From: a virus
Virus record (IMG/VR): IMGVR_UViG_3300033148_008025
Location: 1 to 64,000 of that record
Strand: one strand, 5' to 3'
Length of the DNA stretch: 64,000 bases
Shown here: piece after piece, positions 54,470 to 64,000 of the stretch
Layout: each line of letters starts with the position of its first letter
How positions within the stretch are numbered: position 1 is the first letter of the stretch
The notes under the pieces: model-generated
Told to the model about the DNA's origin: nothing
What the model saw: the letters and a program-made list of their open reading frames with translations, nothing else
Database searches by the model: none
Position numbers and translations under genes: made by a program

Positions 54470-57400
54470 ATGGCAACCGAGTTCAACTATGTAGTCAACG
54501 TCGACACGACCCGAGTAATGGGTGCAATGTCCGAGGTGCGATCTCAGATCGGGATGGCCCTCGGCGGAGCCACCGGATTTGCAGGCGTTGGCGGGCTAAC
54601 CGGCGGGGGTTCCGATTTCTCTGGAGGAGCTTCAGCCGCATTTGGTCGAATGATGGGAGGCATGGGCGGTGGTTTCAAGTTTGGAACCTTTACGAACGAG
54701 GCCATGTCTTACATGCCTCACCATGGAATGGTTCAGGCCCACACCACGCTCGAGCAAGAGCGGGCAGTCAACCAGGGCGGCGTTGCAGCTGCCGCTCAGT
54801 TTAAGCCTCCAGGCGTGAGCTCGGCAGAGTTTGCGATGGGAGTGCAGAGCAACTTCGTCGACCGAAACATAACAGCCAAGTATGAGGCAAATGTTGCGGC
54901 CAGGTCATCCTTCTACGCAGGCGTAGGAGGCCTCGCTGCCGGCGAGCTTGCTTCTAGGATGGTAGGAACTCCACTCGGAGGTGCGATTGGAGCCGGTGTT
55001 GCGACGAAACTATTTGGAGCAGGAGCGGCCAAGACAGGGAAAATGATCGGCGGGTTTGCCGGCATGTTTGCAGCCTACTCTCTTGCTGATGATGTTGTAG
55101 GCGGAGCAATTCGAGGACACTACGCCGAACGTCAAATGACGGAAGGGATCACGAAAGAACTCGGCGAGATTGCCGGCGCGGGGCGAAACCTGTCCCGAAC
55201 ACAGAAATATGATCTTGGTTCCGCTGCGATGGGAGCCGCAAAAGGGCTCAACATGGATGTCCAGGAGATGGGGGACATCCTGGCACTAGGAAGGCAGTCG
55301 GGAATGCTTCCAGGGTCTGCTGATCCAGGAAAGGCTAAACAGCAGTTTCAAGATTTTGCTCGAGCCGTAGAAGAGGGTGCACAGATCCTCCACACCTCCC
55401 TTGCGGGCGCAACCCAGGTAATCAAGACAGCTACGTCGCAAGGGATGAGCGCAGAGGAAGGCGTTATGCGAGCCGCGGGCATGGGCGGTGCGCAAGCCTT
55501 CATGCGTAACCAGGCGTTCATGAACGCTGGTGCACAGACCGGATTATCCATGGGATATACCGCGGCTCAGGGCTCATCCATGTTCGGTGGAGCCATTGGG
55601 CAAGCAGGCGGAGCCGGTCTCACTGGCACCGAAATGCGCATTGGCGGAGGAAAGATGGCTGTTGCCAGGGAGATAGCATCTACGCAGATGGCAATGGCCA
55701 AAGGCCCACTAGGAGACATGCAGCTCATGGCAGCAATGGGAGGCGAAGGCCTTGGCGGGATGATGGATATGCCTGGACAGGCAATGGCTGCAATGAGCCA
55801 GGGTGGCGACTTTATGTCCAACGCTGTCAACTTCATGGTCCACAAGGATGAGTATCGACGAGGGATTGGAGCCAAAGGAATTCGCTCAATGGCTCGTCAG
55901 CAAATTTCAAGCATGGGCGAAATTATACAAGATCTCGCCCCGGGCATTGACCGTGCAACAGCCAACAGGATGGCAGGAATCAGCATGGGGATGACCCCAG
56001 ACCAAGCGGAACGAGTTGTTGGTGGCACGATGGCTCGTGCTGGCGGTGGTAGCGGAGGCAGTGCTGCCACAAAGTCTAGGCAGATTGCAGCGATGCAGGG
56101 GACGATGCTTAGCAATGCAACACAGGGTGTAGAGTCGATTGATTCAAGGATGAGTGGAGGAAGTGGTGGTTTCGACTTGAATGCAACCATGACTGGCGGG
56201 ATGGCCGGAATGATGCTTGGCGGAAAAGGCGCCGTATTGGGTGCTGGAGCCGGTCTTGCTATAGATATCGGCCAAGGTATCCACGGCCTGCTTTCTGGCC
56301 CCACAAGTGCTCGCGAGGCGGCACAGTCCTACGACGCAGAGATGGCTAGGGCTAAAAAGAAAATGGGCTATGTCGACATAGACCAAAGTTCCGCGCAGGC
56401 ATTTCTTCGCGCAGACCTGAGCGGAGCTCGGCTTGACCTTGGTAGCGCTGGCTCTGTCATAGCCGGGCCAACGGCAGCAGCCTTCGGTGCGATGGGATTA
56501 CAGGAGGTAGCCGCCGGCGCTGGCACGATGAGAGTTGGAAGCAAGTATTACTCGTCGTCGGAGGTTCAGTCGCTAGTGAAGAATCAGACTGCCTGGCAGC
56601 CAAAAATCTCAGCCAAGGATGCAAAAAGTTCGCGGGCTATGGCCTATGCGTCGACTTACTCCAAGGAAGGAATCGCGAGCGCGGGGGGAGCGCGGAGGCT
56701 ATCTGAGGATATTGGTGCATTCAAGCTTGCTTACGCAACTATTGCAAAGGGGGGGTCAGCCCTAAATGCAGACACTAGAGAAAAGTATGGGATCGGAAAG
56801 AAGGCTACAACATCGCTAGAAAATGCCCAGGAAGATGTTTTGGCGTACACGAAACAGTTTATCAACAACATCCCCGATACCGACGAAAACCGGTCAAAGA
56901 AACAGGAGCTACTTACCCTTGCATCAAAGCCCGGCGGCCTTCGCAGCCCGAAGGTTCGTGCGTTCATGCAGGATGTTGCGGGAGTCGAGCTTGAAGACAT
57001 CAACCCTGTTCACTGGGGTGGTCGAGCGGGTGCAGTTGCGGTAAAGGAAGGCATCGAAGCATCGATGACCGCAGAGCAGAACTTCCTCTCGGATTTCTAC
57101 GGAGGCGAGCTCAGCGGTGTTTCCATGGAAAAAAGTGTTGCCGGAATAAAATCCAAGACTACAGAGAAAGAGCAGAGCAAGGTAGCATCGCGTTATGTCT
57201 CAATGAAAGGCTCCATGATCGGAATGGGGCAAATGGCAATCATGACCAGCGGGGCAAAATCTCCTGCGCGGGAGTGGGAGGGGTGGGCAAGCATAACGAC
57301 CGGCCAATTCAGGAAAGAACCTACACCAGAGGAGGTCAAGGCAAGCATGGAGGCCAAGGCAGAATATTGGGAAGCGGTTACAACGAGCGAGGATTACATC

Positions 57401-57907
57401 AAAGGCAAAGCAGCTGCTGTCCGCGGCGACTATGACACTGCCAATAAGCTAATTGGGGAATCATACAGGTCATCAAAAGCCTCTATGGGCCAAAGAGGGA
57501 GAGACCTTGCAACACCAATAAGCATCGATGTCGAAAAAAAGTTTCTTCGTCCCGGCGCGGCAGAGACTGGACTTGTTACCACTGGAGCGGCAAAAGCTGC
57601 GCAGATGCTTGGGTTGGAGTCATCTGCAAATTTCCTGAAAGACATAGCCAAAGACATCTTGGAGCCAACGTCATACGCCGAGCAAGCAGCCGCAGAGGCT
57701 GCAGGCATCGGAAAGCTCAAGAAAGCACAAAAGAAAGCACGCCGCGGCGCACAGAATGCTGTTGGATGGGGACAACAAGAAGAGTCGATGGCGCTGATCA
57801 ACAAGTCCCTGAAGCGAACACACAAGATGCTTGAAGTTCTAGAGGGACGTATCGCTGGGACAGGGAAGAACCCAGGCGGAAATGCAAAGACATCGGGAGA
57901 TAACTAG
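54470..57907 (+). CDS. putative tail tape measure protein
   Basis: 1145 aa, very rich in G/A/M, helical, follows the chaperone pair and precedes baseplate-like genes. Confidence 0.75.
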   Translation: MATEFNYVVNVDTTRVMGAMSEVRSQIGMALGGATGFAGVGGLTGGGSDFSGGASAAFGRMMGGMGGGFKFGTFTNEAMSYMPHHGMVQAHTTLEQERAVNQGGVAAAAQFKPPGVSSAEFAMGVQSNFVDRNITAKYEANVAARSSFYAGVGGLAAGELASRMVGTPLGGAIGAGVATKLFGAGAAKTGKMIGGFAGMFAAYSLADDVVGGAIRGHYAERQMTEGITKELGEIAGAGRNLSRTQKYDLGSAAMGAAKGLNMDVQEMGDILALGRQSGMLPGSADPGKAKQQFQDFARAVEEGAQILHTSLAGATQVIKTATSQGMSAEEGVMRAAGMGGAQAFMRNQAFMNAGAQTGLSMGYTAAQGSSMFGGAIGQAGGAGLTGTEMRIGGGKMAVAREIASTQMAMAKGPLGDMQLMAAMGGEGLGGMMDMPGQAMAAMSQGGDFMSNAVNFMVHKDEYRRGIGAKGIRSMARQQISSMGEIIQDLAPGIDRATANRMAGISMGMTPDQAERVVGGTMARAGGGSGGSAATKSRQIAAMQGTMLSNATQGVESIDSRMSGGSGGFDLNATMTGGMAGMMLGGKGAVLGAGAGLAIDIGQGIHGLLSGPTSAREAAQSYDAEMARAKKKMGYVDIDQSSAQAFLRADLSGARLDLGSAGSVIAGPTAAAFGAMGLQEVAAGAGTMRVGSKYYSSSEVQSLVKNQTAWQPKISAKDAKSSRAMAYASTYSKEGIASAGGARRLSEDIGAFKLAYATIAKGGSALNADTREKYGIGKKATTSLENAQEDVLAYTKQFINNIPDTDENRSKKQELLTLASKPGGLRSPKVRAFMQDVAGVELEDINPVHWGGRAGAVAVKEGIEASMTAEQNFLSDFYGGELSGVSMEKSVAGIKSKTTEKEQSKVASRYVSMKGSMIGMGQMAIMTSGAKSPAREWEGWASITTGQFRKEPTPEEVKASMEAKAEYWEAVTTSEDYIKGKAAAVRGDYDTANKLIGESYRSSKASMGQRGRDLATPISIDVEKKFLRPGAAETGLVTTGAAKAAQMLGLESSANFLKDIAKDILEPTSYAEQAAAEAAGIGKLKKAQKKARRGAQNAVGWGQQEESMALINKSLKRTHKMLEVLEGRIAGTGKNPGGNAKTSGDN

Positions 57908-57909
57908 TA

Positions 57910-58824
57910 ATGGCTGAAAGCAAAGGATGGGGCGAATTACCGTGGGGAGCTGGGCCGTGGGGTGCTGGCATTTCAGACGGTGTTGCCCCACCAGCAATAG
58001 TTGCAGTTGACCCAGAAGAAGGTAGCTCTGGGATCGCATCAAGCACCCATGTTTCCATAGGCGTTTCAGACGAGCAGGAGGTCAACGTCGACACGCTACT
58101 CCTATCCGTTGGCGGAATAACCTATGTTCGAAACGGTGTTGCCATCAACGGAGCAACCATAACCGCTGCGCCAAATGAGCAGAACGGGTTCACGGCACAA
58201 GTCGACCTTCCAATAGACCTGGAGGTTGGAATTTTTCACGATGTAAACGCCATGGTTGTAAACATCAGCGGCATTCGAACCATCAAGCAGTACACCTTCC
58301 AAGTCGGAGTTCAGCCGAGACTGCTTCAAGTGAAAAACCCTGCGAAAGGAATTTTAATCGCGTTTTTCAATCAGGCAATGAAGCACAACGCTGACTTCCT
58401 GTCAGCTGCAAACTGGAAAGTAGATCCGGTCTCCGATGGTGCAATTCCCCTGTCCATCACAGAGGTGATTGCAAATTCAACCCAGCCAGACCAGGCAATT
58501 CTTCGATACGAAGGGGGGGGGTCAACATATAAGCTGACAACGTTCAAGCTTGTCAGCGCAAGCGGGCAACAGATCGAGCCAGGCTACGAATCGGCGCTTT
58601 TCGACATCTTATTCAAGCAGGACGAGAAGCCAAAAATCAGACTCTTTGACACCATTTTTGGCGTAGTCGGGGTTTCACAGGGAGTGATATCCCGGAGGAC
58701 GATGGATGACCATGTCGCCGGACGAGCAATTGCAACGGGAATGGATGAACAGTTTAGGCTCAGAATGCAAACCTTTGATGGGGCGCAGGGTCGAACCGGA
58801 AAACCGGGGACAAGGAGAACATAG
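57910..58824 (+). CDS. virion structural protein, Ig-like (putative baseplate/tail)
   Basis: WGELPWGAGPWG start, then beta-sandwich-like segments (PAIVAVDP..., PRLLQV...). Confidence 0.55.
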   Translation: MAESKGWGELPWGAGPWGAGISDGVAPPAIVAVDPEEGSSGIASSTHVSIGVSDEQEVNVDTLLLSVGGITYVRNGVAINGATITAAPNEQNGFTAQVDLPIDLEVGIFHDVNAMVVNISGIRTIKQYTFQVGVQPRLLQVKNPAKGILIAFFNQAMKHNADFLSAANWKVDPVSDGAIPLSITEVIANSTQPDQAILRYEGGGSTYKLTTFKLVSASGQQIEPGYESALFDILFKQDEKPKIRLFDTIFGVVGVSQGVISRRTMDDHVAGRAIATGMDEQFRLRMQTFDGAQGRTGKPGTRRT

Positions 58825-59948
58825 TGGCCGCTCAACCAAAAGCTACTCGCAAGGAAACCCAGTCTGATCTAATCAACGACGTTAACGGCCTTGGCGGGGA
58901 GGAGATTGTTACATACAACCTCTTTCTCACAGATGCGTTTGGCGGCGGAGCGGGGCTATTGGATGTGCAAGGTCACGTATTCCAGAACGAAGGCTCGGGT
59001 GTTCCAGAAACAATAGATGGACACTCGAACGATGACTCCTATCGCAGGTCAAGGCGACTCCTCCACCGATCCACCTATAGCGATGTTGACTCTGCGGCAA
59101 TTGCTCATATTCGCGAGAACTCCCTGGCCAGGCAGATTGATGAAAAGAAAGATCAGCCCGGTGTTATTCGGCTCATCAGGAGACTCAAGTCTGACGAGCT
59201 CAACGAAGCTGCCAAACAGCCAGGCCCAGTTGTTCCATGGGTAAACCTCATTCCGCCCAATACCAAATTTCTACTGGAAACCGTCCAGGAAAGCCGACAG
59301 GAGAAGGTCCAGATTATCGATACATTTGGTGAATGGGTTGCTTTCTTTTTTGGAAGAAGACCAGAGGTCTACAACTACTCTGGCACACTCATTAACTCAA
59401 GCAACCACGACTGGAAAAATGAGTTTCAATTCAACTACGACCACTTCCTTCGTGGCAGCCAGGCAGTAAAGCATCGAGCAACGATGATCCTCCAATATGA
59501 CGATGTCATGGTTGAGGGATACATGCTCAATTCGAGTATTCAGATGTCTGGCGTAACCGACAAATCGGTTCCGTTTACATTTAGCCTGCTCGTGATCAAT
59601 CGTTCGCAGATGAACCCACGACGACAAATGGGACTCCGCTTTCTTCGCAGTGGACCTTCCATCGGAGAGGGGCAGTTCTACAACGATCTACAGGGTGCAC
59701 TAGATCTGACAGAAAGGGACACAGATGACATGCAAACCTTCCTGCTGATGAGGGAGTATTTCTCAGGTAACTACATCCCAGCTGCCGGCAAGTTTATCCA
59801 TCGAGCGAAAAACAACAACATAGAATCTGAAACGTCTGTCCAGCCTGGACAGAAAGGTGGAAGTAAGAATCCAAAGCCAGTTCCTGCAAGTTTTAGCGCT
59901 AAGACCTCTGGGTCAATCCTTGAGCGCGGTGTTACCCTGCTGGAATAA
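58824..59948 (+). CDS. putative baseplate/tail-tube-initiator-like protein
   Basis: Position in tail module; QESRQEKVQII-x-TFG...FFFG-x-RP-x-x-Y-x-YSG-x-L motif. Confidence 0.5.
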   Translation: MAAQPKATRKETQSDLINDVNGLGGEEIVTYNLFLTDAFGGGAGLLDVQGHVFQNEGSGVPETIDGHSNDDSYRRSRRLLHRSTYSDVDSAAIAHIRENSLARQIDEKKDQPGVIRLIRRLKSDELNEAAKQPGPVVPWVNLIPPNTKFLLETVQESRQEKVQIIDTFGEWVAFFFGRRPEVYNYSGTLINSSNHDWKNEFQFNYDHFLRGSQAVKHRATMILQYDDVMVEGYMLNSSIQMSGVTDKSVPFTFSLLVINRSQMNPRRQMGLRFLRSGPSIGEGQFYNDLQGALDLTERDTDDMQTFLLMREYFSGNYIPAAGKFIHRAKNNNIESETSVQPGQKGGSKNPKPVPASFSAKTSGSILERGVTLLE

Positions 59949-59950
59949 AC

Positions 59951-62869
59951 ATGTCTCGCCAAGGAACAGGTTCTAGAGTTGAGCTCCGTATGTACATGGA
60001 GGGGATTCTTGTCGAGAACGGACTAGCAAACGTTAGCGTTAGTGGCGACATCGGAATGCCAGCATCAGCTCAGCTCGAGCTGGTTCCAACCAACACGATA
60101 AAACACATCCTTCCAGGAACATGGATTCATGTTTTTGTGACAGATCCGTGGGAGGTTAATCCAACAGGCAATCTCGATGACTTCAAGTTGCTGTTCGAAG
60201 GTGTTGTCTCGGCTAAGGGATTCACGAAAACCGACGATGGTAGAAACTTCACAGTGCAATGCATCGCACCAGAAGTATTCTGGACCGAAGCTCGTCAGTT
60301 CTGGGTAAACCTTGCGGCTGGAAGCAGTCTCGTTGACCAAATCGTAGTGCAAACGTCGGGAGGCAGTGGTCGCTTCGGAATGATTGGGGGGAACGCCAAG
60401 TTTGGCTACATGCAAAGCAAGCTCAAAAAAATCGAGGATGGAAGCGAGGAGCGCTTCATGGACACACTCGTGTCAGTTCTCGATGATATCGGAGGAGTCA
60501 ACCCGTATTACACCAACGCAAAAAACAGAATAAGACTTACCGATCGTATTGTTAGGGGGGCCGCAGGAAAGACCGAGGAGCTGTTTCAAATATCGCTCTT
60601 CACCGACTTCCTAGAAGGCCTCGCTTCTCGAACTTCCGATCAGTCAAGCTTGCTCGAAGTGATCAACTCTCTGCTTGGTGCAATTCTCCATGAATGGGTT
60701 TCTGTTCCTGCCCCGCCATACATCAAATCTCAAGTCTTTGACCGGGACACGTTCGGAAATATCAAGCGTGGTAAAAGCACCGTAAGGAAAAATACGGGAG
60801 ACGGAAAAAGAAAGAAGAAGGTCGACATCTACGACTTCAAGACTGCCCAGGACGACATTATCGCGAGCATCATATTCAAGCCTCACATCTACACGCTATC
60901 CCCACCTACGTGCAACATCCTCTACCCCAACATGTATGATCAGATGTCATACAGCCACAACCACATGAATGAAACAACGAGGCTTCAGATGCAGCCGCAG
61001 TTGTTTTCCAGTGCTTTCAGGAAGATCTCGAAACACCTGAGGATCATGCGTCCGACCGAACTGGAAATCTTCACCGGTCTCACTCGAGACAAGAAGGCTG
61101 GGACTAGAGGGAAACGGACACCTGATGCCAAGTACGCAGACGGAGCTGGCCAAGCTCCCGTGTTTCACGACTATGACTGGGCAACAAACGAGGAGCGAAT
61201 CCGTGGAATCAAATACAACTTCATAAATCTCGCTCCGGCCCCGGGCACCCTGACGATGACAAGTCAGGGAAAACGACAACCATCCGGAACAAGAAAAGGT
61301 GGTGCACCGAAGTACTTGCAGAACGTGGCAAGCTACGAGTACTACAAGTCAAAGTTTTCGGCCAGAGGCGCAACAGTGTCCGGCCCCTTGAACATTCGCC
61401 CCGTACCAGGGTTTTCAATCCTATTACTGGATGATTCCGCATCCCAGCAGAACATCGTTGCATATCTTAGCGGGATTACTCATTCCATTAGCGCCGACGG
61501 GATGGCAACAACCCAGTACAGCATCAGCCTTCCAAGGCTGACCGACGAGGTGGACTACAATCGCCCTAAGTTCAAGAAAAGCGCGACAGGTGAAAACGAA
61601 ATCGATTTTGACCTATTCAGAGACGAGGAAGGCAGGTACGACTTTGCGAAGCTGTTTGACGGCGTCAATGAGCCGCCGATTCCTGAGTGGTTTGACGACG
61701 ACTACAAAAACCTCCTCGACCTAGACGTGAGATATCGAGAGTGGTTTGGAACCAATGTCGGGGTAACGCAGAACCTCTTATTTGTAGATCCGGAGCAGAC
61801 GGAAAAGAATGCAATCGCAAATCAGGAGGCTGCAAGAGCAGTATACCTGGAGGAGAACGGCGTTGAGCCGGAACCAGGAGAGATACCCGACTATCCAAAA
61901 TCCCTAAAAGACGACATTGTTCAATCAAACAACACGATCGGATTGAATGAGGCAGTTTTGGAACTAAACGAAAGATACACAAAGGCTCGCGGCAACGGCA
62001 GGGAGAAGGAAGAAGCTGGGGTACGAACGGCGAGAGCATTCACGAAAATCGACGAAGCGTTCAGATTCATCGGAGCTTCTCCGTTCGAATTGTCGGACCA
62101 AGCGATAGGCGAAAAGAGCAAGTCCGATCAAACCACCTTTGTGAAAAACCCGGCGTCGGAGAGGGTTATCAACTACAAGACGATGAGGCTAGACAGGTTC
62201 GTCGGAGACACTTCCCCAGGGTCTGGATATTCAGGTGTCCCAGAGGGAGAGTCCAAGGAAACAAACGATTCAAGCGGGAGCGGGGTTTCCGAGCGCATGT
62301 CTGGTGCTTTTTCAAAATTCGATACGATCGTGCACACCGGCGATAAGGCACTCAAGACAAAGGAGAGGGCTGATGCTGTAAAAGCAGAGAGTGCACCTTC
62401 ATCAAGTCCGCGATATGACGGACGCCCCAGAATGTACGATTTTGAATTTCGTATATGGCAGGACTCAATCAAGGCTGCACAGGCAGCGGGGTTCACCATC
62501 GACGGTGAGAAGATTGCCGATTCTGCTGCCGTCGCAGACCACTATGTCAATGGAAGTAGTGGGACAATACGAGGTGCGACTGCCGAAGAGAAAGCTGCTG
62601 CTCGCGAGAGCAGGGTTGCAACAAACGCACAGAGGACTGCAGAGGAAAGCGATCGCATGTCCAAGGGGCGTCATCCTGTTCGACGAGTTCGTTCTAGGTG
62701 CCCAAACATGCCCCCCGCAAACCAGGCTCCCACCGGAGCCGGACTAGAGGAAGAGCTTGTCCTCCCGCTTCCTCAGCCGCTATCGGAAAAGCAGGTTATT
62801 AACATCAGAAGGTCTATCATCGACGCTTATCGAGACGAATTGGAGAGAACTCGTGGATTCACAGGATAG
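59951..62869 (+). CDS. putative baseplate hub / tail protein
   Basis: 972 aa. N-terminal beta-rich hub-like region (LRMYMEG...V-x-V-x-G...A-x-L-x-L...LLFEG-x-V) and late VSGPLN-x-RP-x-PG...Y-x-x-GITH-x-I pattern seen in hub proteins. Confidence 0.6.
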   Translation: MSRQGTGSRVELRMYMEGILVENGLANVSVSGDIGMPASAQLELVPTNTIKHILPGTWIHVFVTDPWEVNPTGNLDDFKLLFEGVVSAKGFTKTDDGRNFTVQCIAPEVFWTEARQFWVNLAAGSSLVDQIVVQTSGGSGRFGMIGGNAKFGYMQSKLKKIEDGSEERFMDTLVSVLDDIGGVNPYYTNAKNRIRLTDRIVRGAAGKTEELFQISLFTDFLEGLASRTSDQSSLLEVINSLLGAILHEWVSVPAPPYIKSQVFDRDTFGNIKRGKSTVRKNTGDGKRKKKVDIYDFKTAQDDIIASIIFKPHIYTLSPPTCNILYPNMYDQMSYSHNHMNETTRLQMQPQLFSSAFRKISKHLRIMRPTELEIFTGLTRDKKAGTRGKRTPDAKYADGAGQAPVFHDYDWATNEERIRGIKYNFINLAPAPGTLTMTSQGKRQPSGTRKGGAPKYLQNVASYEYYKSKFSARGATVSGPLNIRPVPGFSILLLDDSASQQNIVAYLSGITHSISADGMATTQYSISLPRLTDEVDYNRPKFKKSATGENEIDFDLFRDEEGRYDFAKLFDGVNEPPIPEWFDDDYKNLLDLDVRYREWFGTNVGVTQNLLFVDPEQTEKNAIANQEAARAVYLEENGVEPEPGEIPDYPKSLKDDIVQSNNTIGLNEAVLELNERYTKARGNGREKEEAGVRTARAFTKIDEAFRFIGASPFELSDQAIGEKSKSDQTTFVKNPASERVINYKTMRLDRFVGDTSPGSGYSGVPEGESKETNDSSGSGVSERMSGAFSKFDTIVHTGDKALKTKERADAVKAESAPSSSPRYDGRPRMYDFEFRIWQDSIKAAQAAGFTIDGEKIADSAAVADHYVNGSSGTIRGATAEEKAAARESRVATNAQRTAEESDRMSKGRHPVRRVRSRCPNMPPANQAPTGAGLEEELVLPLPQPLSEKQVINIRRSIIDAYRDELERTRGFTG

Positions 62870-63686
62870 GCAGATTGGACTTGAAATAGAGGCTGAGCTG
62901 GAGGAGTGGCTTGACAAGGAAGCTGCTGCTCGAGGTATTGACCGAGAAGCTCTGCAGCAATCAGAGCTGGAGGCGTGGGAGCGTTGGAGTAAGGACCCCA
63001 ACCAGCAAGACTTTGAGACGCTGTACCAGAGTCACCAGCCACTGTTCGAGACAATAGGTGCTCGATACATGAAAAGCAGCAACCTTCCCACAGCTGCAAT
63101 CAGATCTAGGATGACGCAGAACTACGTGAAGGCCCTCGAGGGATACGACCCAACAAGAGGGGCGAAGCTATCGACGCATGTCATGAACACACTTCCGCAT
63201 CACATTCCAAGATACATACAGAAGTATACAAACATTGGAAGAATTCCTGATGACATGGGTGGGATGATCGGACTACTCGAGGAGCGGAATGCTGCACTAT
63301 CAGACCGCCTTGGACGATTGCCGACAAACGACGAGCTCGCTGATGACATGCTAATGTCTGCGCGGGACTATTCCGATCAAAGGAAAAAACTCATAACACC
63401 AAAAAAGGTGGGGACGCTGAGAAGGTCTTTGCGGCTAGACTTTGTCGCAGAAGAGGCTGGCGGCGTTGCCCCAACGCATGGTGTCTCGAAGCTTGAGCAG
63501 CATGCAGTTTATTTGCATGGCTCATTGAATTCCGAGCAAAAACTAATTCTCGAACATACCTACGAAGGGTTTGATAAGCCGATCATCCAGGACGTTGAAC
63601 GACTGTCCAGGACGGTAAAGATGTCTCCTCAAAAGGTTCGTGCGATCAAGAAGCAAATCTGGAAAAAGATGGAACGGTACATGTAA
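62853..63686 (+). CDS. sigma-70-family RNA polymerase sigma factor
   Basis: Region 2 ALEGYDPTRGAKLSTHV, region 3 LSDRLGRLPTNDELA, region 4 LNSEQKLIL...LSRTVKMSPQKVRAIKKQ. Probable GTG start 62853 with a GGAGAG RBS. Confidence 0.85.
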   Translation: MDSQDRQIGLEIEAELEEWLDKEAAARGIDREALQQSELEAWERWSKDPNQQDFETLYQSHQPLFETIGARYMKSSNLPTAAIRSRMTQNYVKALEGYDPTRGAKLSTHVMNTLPHHIPRYIQKYTNIGRIPDDMGGMIGLLEERNAALSDRLGRLPTNDELADDMLMSARDYSDQRKKLITPKKVGTLRRSLRLDFVAEEAGGVAPTHGVSKLEQHAVYLHGSLNSEQKLILEHTYEGFDKPIIQDVERLSRTVKMSPQKVRAIKKQIWKKMERYM

Positions 63687-63688
63687 CG

Positions 63689-64000
63689 ATGGCTGGCTCA
63701 GACGAAATAAAAGAAGCGATTGCCTGTCTCTCAAATGTCTATCCGCAGTATGTGTCAAAAACACTTGCAGATCTTACGGACCAAATTGAATCAGTAGTCC
63801 AGTCCTACACCGACCCTATGGCTGCGATCGATGATCTGAGCGTTGACTCTCTTGTTGAGAGCGTTGCCGAGTCGGCCAGCGCAGACACCTTTGGAAACCT
63901 TGAGGAGATTGCCACTGGACTACTTTCTCAATATGTAAAGAGAGATGCGTCTTCGTTTTCCGAATCTCTTCCGAAAGAGTTTTCGAACGTGACAAAAAAG
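63689..64000 (+). CDS. partial hypothetical protein (runs off the window)
   Basis: ATG 2 nt after the sigma stop; open for 104 codons (MAGSDEIKEAIACLSNVYPQY...). Confidence 0.6.
   Translation, partial: MAGSDEIKEAIACLSNVYPQYVSKTLADLTDQIESVVQSYTDPMAAIDDLSVDSLVESVAESASADTFGNLEEIATGLLSQYVKRDASSFSESLPKEFSNVTKK

Noticed and set aside
54470-57907. Gly/Met-rich repeats as a novel repeat protein or toxin
   Set aside because: Position after the chaperone pair, length and composition fit a tape measure protein.
1-64000. CRISPR array, tRNA genes, rRNA
   Set aside because: No regularly spaced direct repeats were seen. The only T-arm-like GGTTCGATTCC with a matching acceptor stem belongs to the tmRNA. 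A visual scan could miss a divergent tRNA.

Overview
This window is a gene-dense segment of a large tailed dsDNA bacteriophage genome, probably a jumbo myovirus. No capsid, terminase or polymerase gene lies in it, and the host cannot be determined. Layout: (1) 1-26.7 kb is a minus-strand block of many small, often Cys-rich or coiled-coil hypothetical genes. It also holds a SpoU/TrmH methyltransferase, ThyX, a P-loop kinase, a fused radical SAM enzyme, a minimal nucleotidyltransferase and a collagen-like lipoprotein. (2) A complete plus-strand tmRNA gene lies at 26706-27063 (tag ANDNSFAPALAAVA). (3) 27-53 kb is a mixed-strand region with a RyR-domain protein, an SMC/Rad50-like ATPase, a metzincin protease, a shortened GrpE, a 1.7-kaa tail-fibre-like protein with a stand-alone copy of its N-terminal domain, an orphan adenine methyltransferase, a DUF6884-like protein and a SNF2 helicase. 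(4) 53.4-64 kb is a plus-strand tail module: a tail-chaperone pair with a predicted -1 frameshift, a tape measure protein, baseplate/hub-like genes and a sigma-70-family factor. The most striking signal is four basic, glycine-zipper-containing plus-strand proteins sharing an N-terminal GF[TIV]DEL[VT]K[ITV][AS] leader. One is a 699-aa polyvalent protein (KTSC, Zn-finger, ART-like, InPase) whose domains are bracketed by related K-x-A motifs, suggesting a capsid-targeting and proteolytic-release cargo system. All family assignments come from motif recognition by eye; no database search was run.
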